DNA of 64,000 bases from Gemmatimonas sp. (GCA_050260515.1 JBLNCI010000043.1:79880-143879), one strand, 5' to 3'. Positions 34,108 to 42,865 are shown, counted from the stretch's first letter. The notes: generated from the letters alone by a model not told the origin. Program-made: numbers and translations.

Positions 34108-34752
34108 TCAGGCGGGCGTCGCCTCGGCGGCGGCGACCGGGCGGCTCGTGACCACCTGGTCGATGAGGCCGAAATCCCTGGCCTCCTCCGGCGTCATGAA
34201 CTTGTCGCGATCCATCGCCCGTTCAATGGCCTCGATTTCACGGCCGGTATGCTTGGCGTAGATGCCGTTGAGGCGGGCGCGCAGCAAGAGGATCTCGCGC
34301 GCCTGGATCTCGATGTCGGCGGCCTGCCCCTGAACGCCGCCCGACGGCTGGTGGATCATGATGCGGGCGTTGGGCAGGGCGAAGCGCTTGTTGGCGGCGC
34401 CGCCGGCGAGCAGCAGCGAGCCCATCGACGCAGCCTGACCGATGCACAGCGTCGTCACGTCGGGGCGGATGTACTGCATGGTGTCGTAGATGGCGAGGCC
34501 CGACGTGACCACGCCGCCCGGGGAGTTGATGTAGAGCGCGATGTCCTTGTTCGGGTTCTCTGCCTCGAGGAACAGAAGCTGGGCCGAGATCAGGCTCGCC
34601 ATGCCGTCGTGGACCGGGCCCACCAGGAAGATGATCCGCTCCTTCAACAGGCGCGAATAGATGTCGTAGGCCCTCTCGCCGCGGTTGGTCTGCTCGACCA
34701 CCATCGGCACCAGGGTGTTCATCGTGAAGTCAGCCCAATCGCGCTCAGCCAT
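34108..34752 (-). CDS. clpP: ATP-dependent Clp protease proteolytic subunit ClpP
   Basis: 214 aa; catalytic region [18 protein letters not shown], ...IMIHQPSGG. Confidence 0.96.
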   Translation of the reverse strand: MAERDWADFTMNTLVPMVVEQTNRGERAYDIYSRLLKERIIFLVGPVHDGMASLISAQLLFLEAENPNKDIALYINSPGGVVTSGLAIYDTMQYIRPDVTTLCIGQAASMGSLLLAGGAANKRFALPNARIMIHQPSGGVQGQAADIEIQAREILLLRARLNGIYAKHTGREIEAIERAMDRDKFMTPEEARDFGLIDQVVTSRPVAAAEATPA

Positions 34753-34808
34753 CTGATCCTGTCCTCTACGGAGATAAACGGCGCCCGGCGTCTGCCGGGC
34801 CGTCCGCC

Positions 34809-36209
34809 CTACTCGTCCTTGTCCTTCTCCAGCTCGGCGGTGAGATCGGCGACCGCGATCTTGCGGTCCTTCACCTTGGCGAGTTCGAGAATGAAGTCGA
34901 CGACCTTGTCCTCGAAGATCGGCGCGCGCAGCCGCGCCTGCGCCTGCTGGTTGGTCTTGTAGAACTCGACGACCTGGCGCTCCTGGCCGGGGAAGCGGCG
35001 CGCCTCGTTGGCGATCGCGCGCGACAGGTCCTCGTTGGTGACCTCGATGTTGTTGCTGCGGCCGATCTCGGACAGGAACAGGCCGAGGCGCACGCGGCGC
35101 TCCGCGATGGTGCGGTACTCCTCCTGCTCCTTCGCCTCCTCCGGCGTCGCCGGCGGCTTCACCTCCTGCTCGGCATGACCGTGATCGTGGTCATGGTCGC
35201 AGTGCTCGTCGTGGACGTGACCTTCCTCGCCATGGCCGGGATTCTGCTGCTGCTTCATCGCCTGCCAGATGGTCTTGAACTCGTCGTTGACCATCCCGGA
35301 CGGCACTTCGAACTTCACCTTGTCCGACAGCGCATCGAGCAGATTCCGCTTCACGCGCTGGCGCGCGACCTGGGCGTATTCCTGGCCCAGCCGCTCGCGG
35401 ATCGCGGTCTTCACCGCGTCGAGCGTCTCGAACCCGAGCCGCTGCGCGAGCTTGTCGTCGACCGCCATCGTCGAGCGGGCGCGGATCTCCTTCACGTCGA
35501 CCTCGAACTCGGCGTCCTTGCCGGCGAGGTCCTTGGCGCCGTAGCTCTCGGGGAACTTCACCTTCACGGTGCGCTTCTCGCCCTTGCGGACCCCGATCAG
35601 TCCCTCGATGAACCCCGGGATGAATCCGGTCGATGACAGGTCGAGCTGGAAGTCCTTGGCCGAGCCGCCGTCGAAGGCGTTGCCGTCGACGCGGCCGACG
35701 AAGTCGACGAGGATCGCGTCGGTGTTCTCGGCCGGACGGTCTTCGGCGATCGCGGTGTAGGTCTTTTGCTCGTTGGCGACGCGCTGCAGCGCCTCATCGA
35801 CGTCCTTTTCGGTGACGTCGACGACCAGGCGCTCGACCTCGACCGTCGAGAAGTCGAACGGCCCGACCTCCGGCATCAGGTCGACGCGGACGGAATACTG
35901 CAGGTCGGCGCCCTCGGCGAACGACTTGATCTCGACCTTGGGCTGGGCGGCCGGCTTCAGGTTGCGGTCGGCCAGCGCCTTCTCGGTGTTCGTCGACACG
36001 GTGCGCTCGAGCACCTCGCCCATCAGCGACGGCGCGTATTCCTTGCGCAGGATAGCCATCGGCACCTTGCCCGGCCGGAACCCCGGACGCGCCACGCGCG
36101 TGCCGATCTCCTTGAGGCGGGTCTCGATCTCGGCCTCGATCTCGGCGGCGGGGACGGTAATGAGGAGCTCGCGGCTCAAGCCCTCGGTGGTGGTTTCAAC
36201 GACCTGCAT
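34809..36209 (-). CDS. tig: Trigger factor (with His/Asp/Cys-rich insertion in the C-terminal domain)
   Basis: Start at [25 protein letters not shown] (ATG 36207-36209); 466 aa; central FKBP-like PPIase region. Confidence 0.95.
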   Translation of the reverse strand: MQVVETTTEGLSRELLITVPAAEIEAEIETRLKEIGTRVARPGFRPGKVPMAILRKEYAPSLMGEVLERTVSTNTEKALADRNLKPAAQPKVEIKSFAEGADLQYSVRVDLMPEVGPFDFSTVEVERLVVDVTEKDVDEALQRVANEQKTYTAIAEDRPAENTDAILVDFVGRVDGNAFDGGSAKDFQLDLSSTGFIPGFIEGLIGVRKGEKRTVKVKFPESYGAKDLAGKDAEFEVDVKEIRARSTMAVDDKLAQRLGFETLDAVKTAIRERLGQEYAQVARQRVKRNLLDALSDKVKFEVPSGMVNDEFKTIWQAMKQQQNPGHGEEGHVHDEHCDHDHDHGHAEQEVKPPATPEEAKEQEEYRTIAERRVRLGLFLSEIGRSNNIEVTNEDLSRAIANEARRFPGQERQVVEFYKTNQQAQARLRAPIFEDKVVDFILELAKVKDRKIAVADLTAELEKDKDE

Positions 36210-36260
36210 GGAACTCCTCGTTACGGTCTCGGCGCGCGCCTGGGACGGCGCGTCGTGCGC

Positions 36261-36345
36261 TGGTGCGGGCGGAGGGACTTGAACCCCCACGACTTGCGTC
36301 GCTGGAACCTAAATCCAGTGCGTCTACCAGTTCCGCCACGCCCGC
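36261..36345 (-). tRNA. tRNA-Leu (anticodon TAG), CCA encoded
   Basis: 85-nt class II tRNA: GCGGGCG acceptor, long variable arm, anticodon stem-loop CTGGA-TTTAGGT-TCCAG, T-loop GGTTCAAGTCC. Confidence 0.9.
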
Positions 36346-36527
36346 AAAAGCAGCAGTTCGCGGCGGCGCTCACAAGGATTTAAGGAACGCGTACGGCGAA
36401 GGTGCCCGCCCCCGCGTAGGGGCATGGGTCTTAGCATTGAAAAAGCGTCCTCGCTACCCTCTTGGCGGAGGCAAGTGGGGCCCGCCGGCCGGCCGAACCC
36501 GGCGCCGGAGAGCCGCCCCGACGCCCA

Positions 36528-36601
36528 GATACGGCAAACCCGCCGCGGGGGCACGGCGGGTCCGGAAACACAAAACCCGCCGCGCGGAGCGCGACGGGCG
36601 G
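36528..36601 (-). terminator. Two tandem GC-rich hairpins (CCCGCCG..CGGCGGG and CCCGCC..GGCGGG + UUUUGUGUUU) downstream of the 36606-36899 ORF
   Basis: Seen on minus strand; the second hairpin is followed by a U-rich tract, typical of an intrinsic terminator. Confidence 0.5.
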
Positions 36602-36605
36602 GGGA

Positions 36606-36899
36606 TCAGGCGGCGTAGGTTTCGGCGAACCGCTGGAGGGCGAGGATGCGCGGCCCCTGGGCGAGCGGCGCGCGGTCGGGGCGGCTGAAGACCACCTCGT
36701 AGCGGACGTGGGGGATGCCGAACGGGTCGTTGTCGATGGCGATGACCTTGGCGGTTTCCACGGTGCGGTCGGCGCGAACGCGGCGGTAGACCGCCCCGGT
36801 GCGGATCGCATCGAGGTCTGGCGCCTTCCGGGCGAAGCGAAGCCGGGCGAACATCGCGGTCTCCACCAACTTCAACTGCTGTTTCAACATCGACTGCAT
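36606..36899 (-). CDS. Hypothetical small protein (82-97 aa)
   Basis: Open frame with high GC3. No SD at the first ATG; GGTGGAG lies before the third Met (MFARLRF...). No recognisable domain. Confidence 0.4.
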   Translation of the reverse strand: MQSMLKQQLKLVETAMFARLRFARKAPDLDAIRTGAVYRRVRADRTVETAKVIAIDNDPFGIPHVRYEVVFSRPDRAPLAQGPRILALQRFAETYAA

Positions 36900-37129
36900 G
36901 GGAATTCGCCAAAACGTTTGTGCGTGTTATCGCGCTATCACCAGTACTTCACTTTTACAGGAGCAGCCTTTAACCACGGGTTAAAGCAGCGCCGATGTTT
37001 GACGAAAATTTTCAAGGCTTTTGCTAGTAAATCGAACCTTGCGGACGGACCTGTTCGCCCGCCTTTTTTCAGGGTGCCTGTTGCCGCCGGAACAACGCCA
37101 CGCCGAGCCGGGTTTCGGGTGCGGTTTGC

Positions 37130-38905
37130 TTAAGCGTTGGTAACTTGCTTAAGCGCTCGTAAAACCCCGGGCACGAGGTCGGGTACATCCTCGGCGATCA
37201 GCCCGGGCCCGAACGAATCCGCGGCCGCCCCGTGAATCCAGGCGCCGGCGCACGCCGCGTCGAACGGATCCATTCCCTGGGCGATCAGACCGACAATGAT
37301 CCCCGCCAGCACGTCCCCGGCCCCCGCCGTGGCCAGCGTCGGCGGCGCATTGCCATTGATGCGGGCGCGACCATCGGGATGGGCAATCACGGTATCCGCC
37401 CCCTTGAGCAGCATCACGGCACCGGTGACCGAAGCCGCCGTCCGGGCGCGTTCGAGCTTTCCGGCGGTAAGGTCGATCGTGGCGGCGCGCCGGAACAGTC
37501 GGGCGAACTCGCCGTCATGGGGCGTCAGCACCGCGGCGGGCCCGCCGCGGCGATCGGCGGCGGCCTTGAGCGCCTCCACCAGGTCCTGCGGCCGATCGGC
37601 GAACACGGTCAGGGCGTCGGCGTCGAGCACACACACCCGCCCAGCCTCGAGCGCCAGCAGGACATGGGCCCGGGTCGCCGGGGTAGCGCCGTTCCCCGGA
37701 CCGAGCAGAACGGCATTCTTGCGCGGGTCGTCGAGAAGCGCCGCAAAGTCCGCAGGATGGGCGATCGGCATCGTGAGCACACCTGCCATCGCCGCGGCGT
37801 AGATCGGGAGCGCCTCGGGCGGAGAGGCAACCGTGACGAGGCCGGCGCCGACGCGCTGGCAGGCGCGGGCCGCAAGACGCCCGGCGCCGGTCATCGCGGC
37901 GCCGCCGACGACGACCGCATGCCCTCGGCTGTACTTATGTCCGCTGAGCCTCGGCCACGGGAAGGCACCGGCCCAGAGCTCCGGCGCGTTCTCGGCTGTC
38001 CGCGGGCGGATGGTGTCGAGCATGGACTCGGGAATCCCGATATCTGCGACACGGACGTCTCCGCACAATTCCCGTGCGGGAACAAGCAGGTGGGCGGCTT
38101 TCTTGCGAAAGAACGTCACTGTTGCCACGGCACTCGGTGCGCCCTCGCCCGTGCCGAGGACGCGGCCGGTATCTCCGTGGACTCCGGACGGAAGGTCGAC
38201 GGCGATCACCGGCAGCCGCCGCCGATTCAGCTCGCCGACGACAGCCAGGGCGACGCCTTCCAGTGGACGCGTGAGCCCGGCTCCGAACAGCGCATCGACG
38301 ACGACCGCGCCCTCGGCCCAATCCAGCACGCTCTCGGAGAGCGGCACGGCATCGGCGTCGTACATGGCCGCCGCGATCGCCGCATCGCCCTTCAACGTTG
38401 CGCGGTCGCCGAGGAGCGCGACGCGGACCCGGTGCCCCGCCTCGGAGAGATGACGCGCCGCGACGAAGCCGTCGCCGCCGTTGTTGCCGGGTCCGCACAG
38501 CACGACCACCGGTCGGCCCGGATACCGTCCGCGCACGTCATCCGCCACCGCGCGCCCCGCCGCTTCCATCAGCGCGATGCCGGGCGTGCCCGCCTCGATC
38601 GTCTGGCGATCGGCTGCGGCCATGTCCGCGACCGACAGGACCTCGAGCCCGCGGACAGGCGCGGCCGGCGTTTCCACCGGCGCGGCGAAGAAGTCCTCGG
38701 GCAGCAGCGGAACCGAGGACCGCTCCGCGGCGCGCAGCACGTCCTGCTGACGGCGCGCGGGGATGGTCCCGCGCTCGTGCCAGCCCTGCACGGTCGTCGC
38801 CGGAACGCCGAGCAGCCGCGCCAGTGCCCGAATACCGCCGAGGCGGGTGATCACGGCACGCGCGGGATTGTCGTCGCGCGATCGAATGCGAGGAGGCCGA
38901 CCCAT
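37130..38905 (-). CDS. nnr: Bifunctional NAD(P)H-hydrate repair enzyme Nnr (epimerase/ADP-dependent dehydratase) with ~90-aa N-terminal Cro/YdaS-like HTH extension
   Basis: Residues ~95-591 carry YjeF-N (VLCGPGNNGGDGFVAARHL) and YjeF-C carbohydrate-kinase (KYSRGHAVVVGGAAMTGAGRLAA, AGAGDVLAGII) motifs. The N-terminal stretch reads RLGGIRALARLLGVPATTVQGWHERGTIP. ATG 38903-38905 has a strong SD AAGGGGAG. Confidence 0.85.
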   Translation of the reverse strand: MGRPPRIRSRDDNPARAVITRLGGIRALARLLGVPATTVQGWHERGTIPARRQQDVLRAAERSSVPLLPEDFFAAPVETPAAPVRGLEVLSVADMAAADRQTIEAGTPGIALMEAAGRAVADDVRGRYPGRPVVVLCGPGNNGGDGFVAARHLSEAGHRVRVALLGDRATLKGDAAIAAAMYDADAVPLSESVLDWAEGAVVVDALFGAGLTRPLEGVALAVVGELNRRRLPVIAVDLPSGVHGDTGRVLGTGEGAPSAVATVTFFRKKAAHLLVPARELCGDVRVADIGIPESMLDTIRPRTAENAPELWAGAFPWPRLSGHKYSRGHAVVVGGAAMTGAGRLAARACQRVGAGLVTVASPPEALPIYAAAMAGVLTMPIAHPADFAALLDDPRKNAVLLGPGNGATPATRAHVLLALEAGRVCVLDADALTVFADRPQDLVEALKAAADRRGGPAAVLTPHDGEFARLFRRAATIDLTAGKLERARTAASVTGAVMLLKGADTVIAHPDGRARINGNAPPTLATAGAGDVLAGIIVGLIAQGMDPFDAACAGAWIHGAAADSFGPGLIAEDVPDLVPGVLRALKQVTNA

Positions 38906-38921
38906 GCTCCCCTTATACGAT

Positions 38922-38964
38922 AAACGCGTGCGCCCGCGCGAAACGCGTGCGCCTGGCGTCCAGG
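38922..38964. promoter_or_regulatory. Operator-like repeats in the nnr/dadA divergent promoter: AAACGCGTGCGCC x2 (19-bp period) plus palindrome CCTGGCGTCCAGG
   Basis: Seen directly between the ATG of the HTH-nnr gene (38905) and the dadA start (39044). A TATATA box follows at 38990. Confidence 0.35.
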
Positions 38965-39043
38965 TTCTGGCCCAATTTCGCCGCGCCCCCTATATAAGGA
39001 GCACCTCGCGGCCGCATTCCCGGCCGACCCAAGGGACAGTCCC

Positions 39044-40297
39044 GTGAAGGTTCTCGTGCTCGGTGCCGGCGTGGTCGGCACCACGACCAGTTACGCCCTC
39101 GCTCGTGACGGCCATTCCGTCACGGTCGTCGACCGCCGCTCCGCTCCCGGCGAGGAGACGAGCTTCGCCAACGGCGGCCAGCTTTCGGCCTCCGGCGCTC
39201 GTCCGTGGGCAAATCCCCACGTGCCGCGGCTTGTCCTCAAGTGGCTCGGCAAGGCCGAGGCGCCGCTCGTGTTCCGTCCGCGTCTCGACCCGACGCTATG
39301 GCGCTGGACGATCGAGTTCCTCGCCAATTGCCTGCCGGCGCGCGCCGACCGCAACATGGCCAACATCCTGCGTCTTGCGCTGCTGAGCCGCGACGCGTTG
39401 GCGTCGATCGTCGCCGAGACGCAGGTCGGGTTCGAGCACCGCTCGCGCGGCATCCTCCACGTTTTCCGCGACAGGGCGACGTTCGACGACGCGGCCAAGG
39501 ACGCCGCGCAGTTCGCCAAGCTCGGACTGCCGTTCGAGGTGATCGAGCGCGAGCGCATCCGGCAGCTTGAGCCCGCGCTCGCCCCCGCCCTGCCCCGCCT
39601 CGCGGGGGCCACGTACTGCCCCGACGATCAATTCGGCGATGCCCATCTGTTCACGGTCGAGCTCGCCCGACGCGCGGCCGACATGGGCGTCGACTTCAGA
39701 TTCGACTGCAACGTGACCGCGATCACGGCCGATGGCGATCGCATCGGCGGCGTGCTGACCGACCACGGCAGACTCGACGCCGATCTCTACGTGCTCGCGT
39801 TCGGCAGCTATTCGCCGCTGCTGACGAGGCCCCTCGGTCTTCGCCTGCCGATCGTGCCGGCGAAGGGCTACTCGGCCACGGTGCCGATCGTGAACCGCGC
39901 CGCGGCGCCGTCGCTCTCCGTCACCGACGAGGACGCCAAGGTCGTCATCACACCGCTCGGCGACCGGCTGCGCATCGCCGGCACGGCGGAGTTCGGCGGC
40001 TACGACACGACGCTCAACGAGCGCCGCGCGCGCAGCGTGCTGATGGACGGACTCGATCTCTTCCCGGGCGCCAGCGTCGCCGAGCAGGCGACGCTGTGGA
40101 CGGGGCTGCGCCCGCTCACGCCGGACGGCGCGCCGATCATCGGCCCCTCGCCGTACCGCAACCTGCTTCTCAACACCGGGCACGGCACGCTGGGCTGGAC
40201 GCTGTCGGCGGGATCCGCGCACGTCATCGCCCGGCTCGCCGCGGGGAAGGAACCCGGCGTCGATCTCACCGGGCTGACGCTCGCCCGTTTCCGCTGA
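39044..40297 (+). CDS. dadA: D-amino acid dehydrogenase small subunit / FAD-dependent oxidoreductase
   Basis: GTG start with SD AAGGGA. N-terminal FAD fold [31 protein letters not shown]; 417 aa typical of DadA. Confidence 0.8.
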   Translation: MKVLVLGAGVVGTTTSYALARDGHSVTVVDRRSAPGEETSFANGGQLSASGARPWANPHVPRLVLKWLGKAEAPLVFRPRLDPTLWRWTIEFLANCLPARADRNMANILRLALLSRDALASIVAETQVGFEHRSRGILHVFRDRATFDDAAKDAAQFAKLGLPFEVIERERIRQLEPALAPALPRLAGATYCPDDQFGDAHLFTVELARRAADMGVDFRFDCNVTAITADGDRIGGVLTDHGRLDADLYVLAFGSYSPLLTRPLGLRLPIVPAKGYSATVPIVNRAAAPSLSVTDEDAKVVITPLGDRLRIAGTAEFGGYDTTLNERRARSVLMDGLDLFPGASVAEQATLWTGLRPLTPDGAPIIGPSPYRNLLLNTGHGTLGWTLSAGSAHVIARLAAGKEPGVDLTGLTLARFR

Positions 40298-40306
40298 CCG
40301 CTTCGG

Positions 40307-40709
40307 TCAGCGCGACGAGAGGTCGCGCTTCTTCTCCAGGTATTCGTCTCGGTTGATCTCGCCGCGCGCGTAGCGCTCCTCGACCACCGACAGGCCGCCG
40401 TGCCCGCCGTGGCGATGGAACGGACATCCGCCGTGGGTGAGCAGCCTCGTCACCGCGATCACGATGGCGATCAGGCCGATGAGAGCGAAGAGGCAGACCA
40501 CGGCGAACAGCCAGCCATGTCCGCCGTACGATCCGTCGCCCCAGCCCATCATCATGCGCGGACCGTAGCCGTACCAGCGGCCGGGGCCGTCGCCTCCGCC
40601 GGGCCCCGGACCAGGCCCCGGCCCGGGTTGCGCCAGCGCCGGACCGGCCAGCAAGGCCATGCTCAGAATCGCGCCGCCGCCCGCTTTCATCCCACTACGT
40701 AATGTCATC
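40307..40709 (-). CDS. SHOCT-domain membrane protein (signal peptide, Gly/Pro-rich segment, TM helix, CPFHRHGGHGG motif)
   Basis: Start at MTLRSGMKAGGG (ATG 40707-40709, SD GGGGAG). C-terminal EERYARGEINRDEYLEKKRDL matches the SHOCT short C-terminal domain. Confidence 0.65.
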
Positions 40710-40872
40710 ACACGTCTCCCCGGCGGAGAATCCGCCACGCGTCATCCATAGCGCGGAGCGCACAGGATCACGTTGATCCACCTCAAGCGGACCGAACCGG
40801 CCGACCGAACGCCGCCGACAAAAAAAGCGGCTCCATGGGGGAGCCGCTTTTGCGCCGCGAGGTGGTGGGCAG

Positions 40873-41022
40873 TTACTCGCCCGACCCTTCGTCCTTGAAG
40901 CGTTCGTTGATGTCACTGCTGCCGGCAACCGGCGCCAGGTCCGTGGACGGAGATCGTACGGTGCAGGCGGTGATCGACAACACTGAGCACGCGAGCAACA
41001 TGAGCAGGAGCACCTTCGTCAT
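40873..41022 (-). CDS. Small lipoprotein, 49 aa (MTKVLLLMLLACSVLSITAC-TVRSPSTDLAPVAGSSDINERFKDEGSGE); not in ORF track
   Basis: ATG 41020-41022 with SD AAGGAGG 6 nt upstream; lipobox SITAC; stop TAA 40873-40875; paralog of 41224-41364. Confidence 0.55.
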   Translation of the reverse strand: MTKVLLLMLLACSVLSITACTVRSPSTDLAPVAGSSDINERFKDEGSGE

Positions 41023-41223
41023 CGTAACCTCCTTGCGTTATTTGTTCTTTTTATTCTTTGTTGCGGCCGAGCCGCGTTCGGCGAGTCGCCGTTGTCCGGC
41101 GGTCGCGCCGCCGTTTCCCTCGTCTACTCCGAGGCGCCGATACGCGCTTTGACTCATCTCAACCGCGCGATGGCGAAACGCACCGCGCCTTCAATCGACT
41201 GCGCGCCGCGTGTCAGTCGGAGC

Positions 41224-41364
41224 TGTCGTCTTTGAACTGCTCGGTGCCTTCGCGGGTGCCGGCGATCGGATGCAGATTGGTCGGCGCGACGGTGCAAGCG
41301 GCCGCCGGCAAAAGAACAGACGCCACGAGAACAACCAGGAGTGCCTTGCGCATTCCAGTCTCCT
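41224..41364 (-). CDS. Small lipoprotein, 46 aa (MRKALLVVLVASVLLPAAAC-TVAPTNLHPIAGTREGTEQFKDDSSD); not in ORF track
   Basis: ATG 41362-41364 with SD GAAGGAG; lipobox-like PAAAC. Shares the CTV...L.P.AG....E.FKD..S pattern with the upstream paralog. Confidence 0.55.
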
Positions 41365-41401
41365 TCGGCTTCCTGAAGCGACAACACCGAAGGAGGCGGA
41401 T

Positions 41402-41860
41402 TTATTTCCCGGGCGTCCGGTCCTGATCCGTCTTCACGAGCCGGTACGTGCGCCGATCCACCTCGAGCACACCGTCGGCGAATCGCAGGTTGATGCGCAC
41501 CGAGCCTTCATTGCGCTGCCACGGGATGAACTCCATCAACCGCTGCCCCGCCGCGGTGTACGGCTCGGCCAGCCCGATCGACTCGGCCTCGCTTCGGTTC
41601 GCCGCCCGGATGATGATCATGCCGGCGCCGACCCGGTTGCCGGTCTCGTCGACGAACGGCCCGGCGCCGAACAGCACGCCGCGCCGCTCGAGGTCCAACA
41701 GGTACTCGTGGTGGACGATCCGCATCTCCTCGGCCGGCCGAGGCATCGGCGGCGCGTCGGGATTGGGCCGCATCATCAGCACGTAGCACTGCTCGCGCGA
41801 GAGCGACGCCTGGATCGCGGCGGCGCGGGCTTTCGCGTCGTTGGCGGGATCGTCGGGCAT
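41402..41860 (-). CDS. YciI-like/Dabb-type alpha+beta barrel family protein (putative)
   Basis: Start at MPDDPANDAK (ATG 41858-41860, SD GGAGG). Roughly 100-aa core with RGVLFGAGPF...EAESIGLAEPY resembling the YciI fold. Upstream part of the track ORF is judged non-coding. Confidence 0.55.
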   Translation of the reverse strand: MPDDPANDAKARAAAIQASLSREQCYVLMMRPNPDAPPMPRPAEEMRIVHHEYLLDLERRGVLFGAGPFVDETGNRVGAGMIIIRAANRSEAESIGLAEPYTAAGQRLMEFIPWQRNEGSVRINLRFADGVLEVDRRTYRLVKTDQDRTPGK

Positions 41861-41910
41861 GTCGCCTCCGCGCTCTGAAATCGCCGCGAATTCGGCGGTT
41901 TCCACCCGAA

Positions 41911-41940
41911 TTGTGGGTTGTAGGTGAAACTGACTATAAT
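41911..41940 (+). promoter_or_regulatory. Sigma-70-like promoter TTGTGG-N18-TATAAT upstream of the VOC/FAH/TctC gene set
   Basis: Perfect TATAAT hexamer (rare in this GC-rich DNA) 49 nt upstream of the VOC start. Confidence 0.45.
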
Positions 41941-41988
41941 CCGCCGCCCTGCCCGCTACGAGCGGGCACGGCAATCCAGGGGAGAGCA

Positions 41989-42825
41989 ATGACAGTACCC
42001 TCGGCGCTTCGGCCGGCGACGCTCCACCACGTGCAGATCACCTCCGAGCAGCCCAAGGTGCTGGCCGAGTTCTATGGGCACGTGCTCGACGGCGAGGTCA
42101 ACGAGATCGGCGGCGCGTTCCACGTCGCCGGCGCCGAGCGCCACCTCCTGATCGCTCCCGGACCCAAGAACAAGCTCGCGTTCGCCGGATTCGCGCTGCC
42201 CGACGAGGCGCGCCTCGCCAAATACCGCGCCGAGATCGCCGCCAGGGGAATCAACAGCCGCCCGTCACCGACGCCGCTGTTCGCCGACGGCGCGTTCGCC
42301 GTCGATCTGCCGGATGGGGAGCAGTTTGCGTTCGGCGTGCCCCGCAGCAAGTCGGCGAAGCCCGACGCGCGCCCGGGGCGGCTACAGCATGTCGTCGTCG
42401 CCTCGGACCAGCTTCCGGCGATGGCCGATTTCGTGACCAAGCTCGGCTTCCTCGTTTCCGACCGCGTGCTCGACGGCGATCGCGATACCACCGCGATCTT
42501 CATGCGCTCGGACCATGAGCACCACAGCTTCGCGACCTTCCGCGCGCGCGGCCGGCAGTTCGACCACTATGCGTTCGAGGTGAACTCCTGGAACGACATC
42601 CGCGACTGGGCGGATCACCTCGCCAGCCTGCGCATTCCCGTGGGCTGGGGACCCGGGCGACACGGGCCCGGCAACAACCTGTTCTTCATGCTCAACGATC
42701 CCGACGGCAATGCGCTCGAGTTCTCGGCCGAGATCGAGCACTTCACCGAGGATCAACCGACCCGCGAATGGCCCCACGAGCAGCGCACGCTCAACCTGTG
42801 GGGCAGCGCGTGGATGCGGTCGTAG
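41989..42825 (+). CDS. Two-domain VOC-family protein, extradiol (catechol 2,3-) dioxygenase-like
   Basis: Start MTVPSAL (ATG 41989, SD GGGGAG). Tandem glyoxalase/VOC modules. C-terminal module has candidate His/His/Glu metal ligands (RLQHVVVAS, SDHEHHSFATF, GNALEFSAEI). Confidence 0.75.
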   Translation: MTVPSALRPATLHHVQITSEQPKVLAEFYGHVLDGEVNEIGGAFHVAGAERHLLIAPGPKNKLAFAGFALPDEARLAKYRAEIAARGINSRPSPTPLFADGAFAVDLPDGEQFAFGVPRSKSAKPDARPGRLQHVVVASDQLPAMADFVTKLGFLVSDRVLDGDRDTTAIFMRSDHEHHSFATFRARGRQFDHYAFEVNSWNDIRDWADHLASLRIPVGWGPGRHGPGNNLFFMLNDPDGNALEFSAEIEHFTEDQPTREWPHEQRTLNLWGSAWMRS

Positions 42826-42865
42826 ACATCCGTTTCTTTCGTCCAACCAAGCAAGAAGAGATCCG

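Noticed and set aside
41989-42825. VOC protein as a simple glyoxalase I / bleomycin-resistance protein
   Set aside because: Two full VOC modules (278 aa), a His/His/Glu pattern in the C-terminal module and an FAH-hydrolase neighbour fit an extradiol dioxygenase-type enzyme better. This remains unproven.
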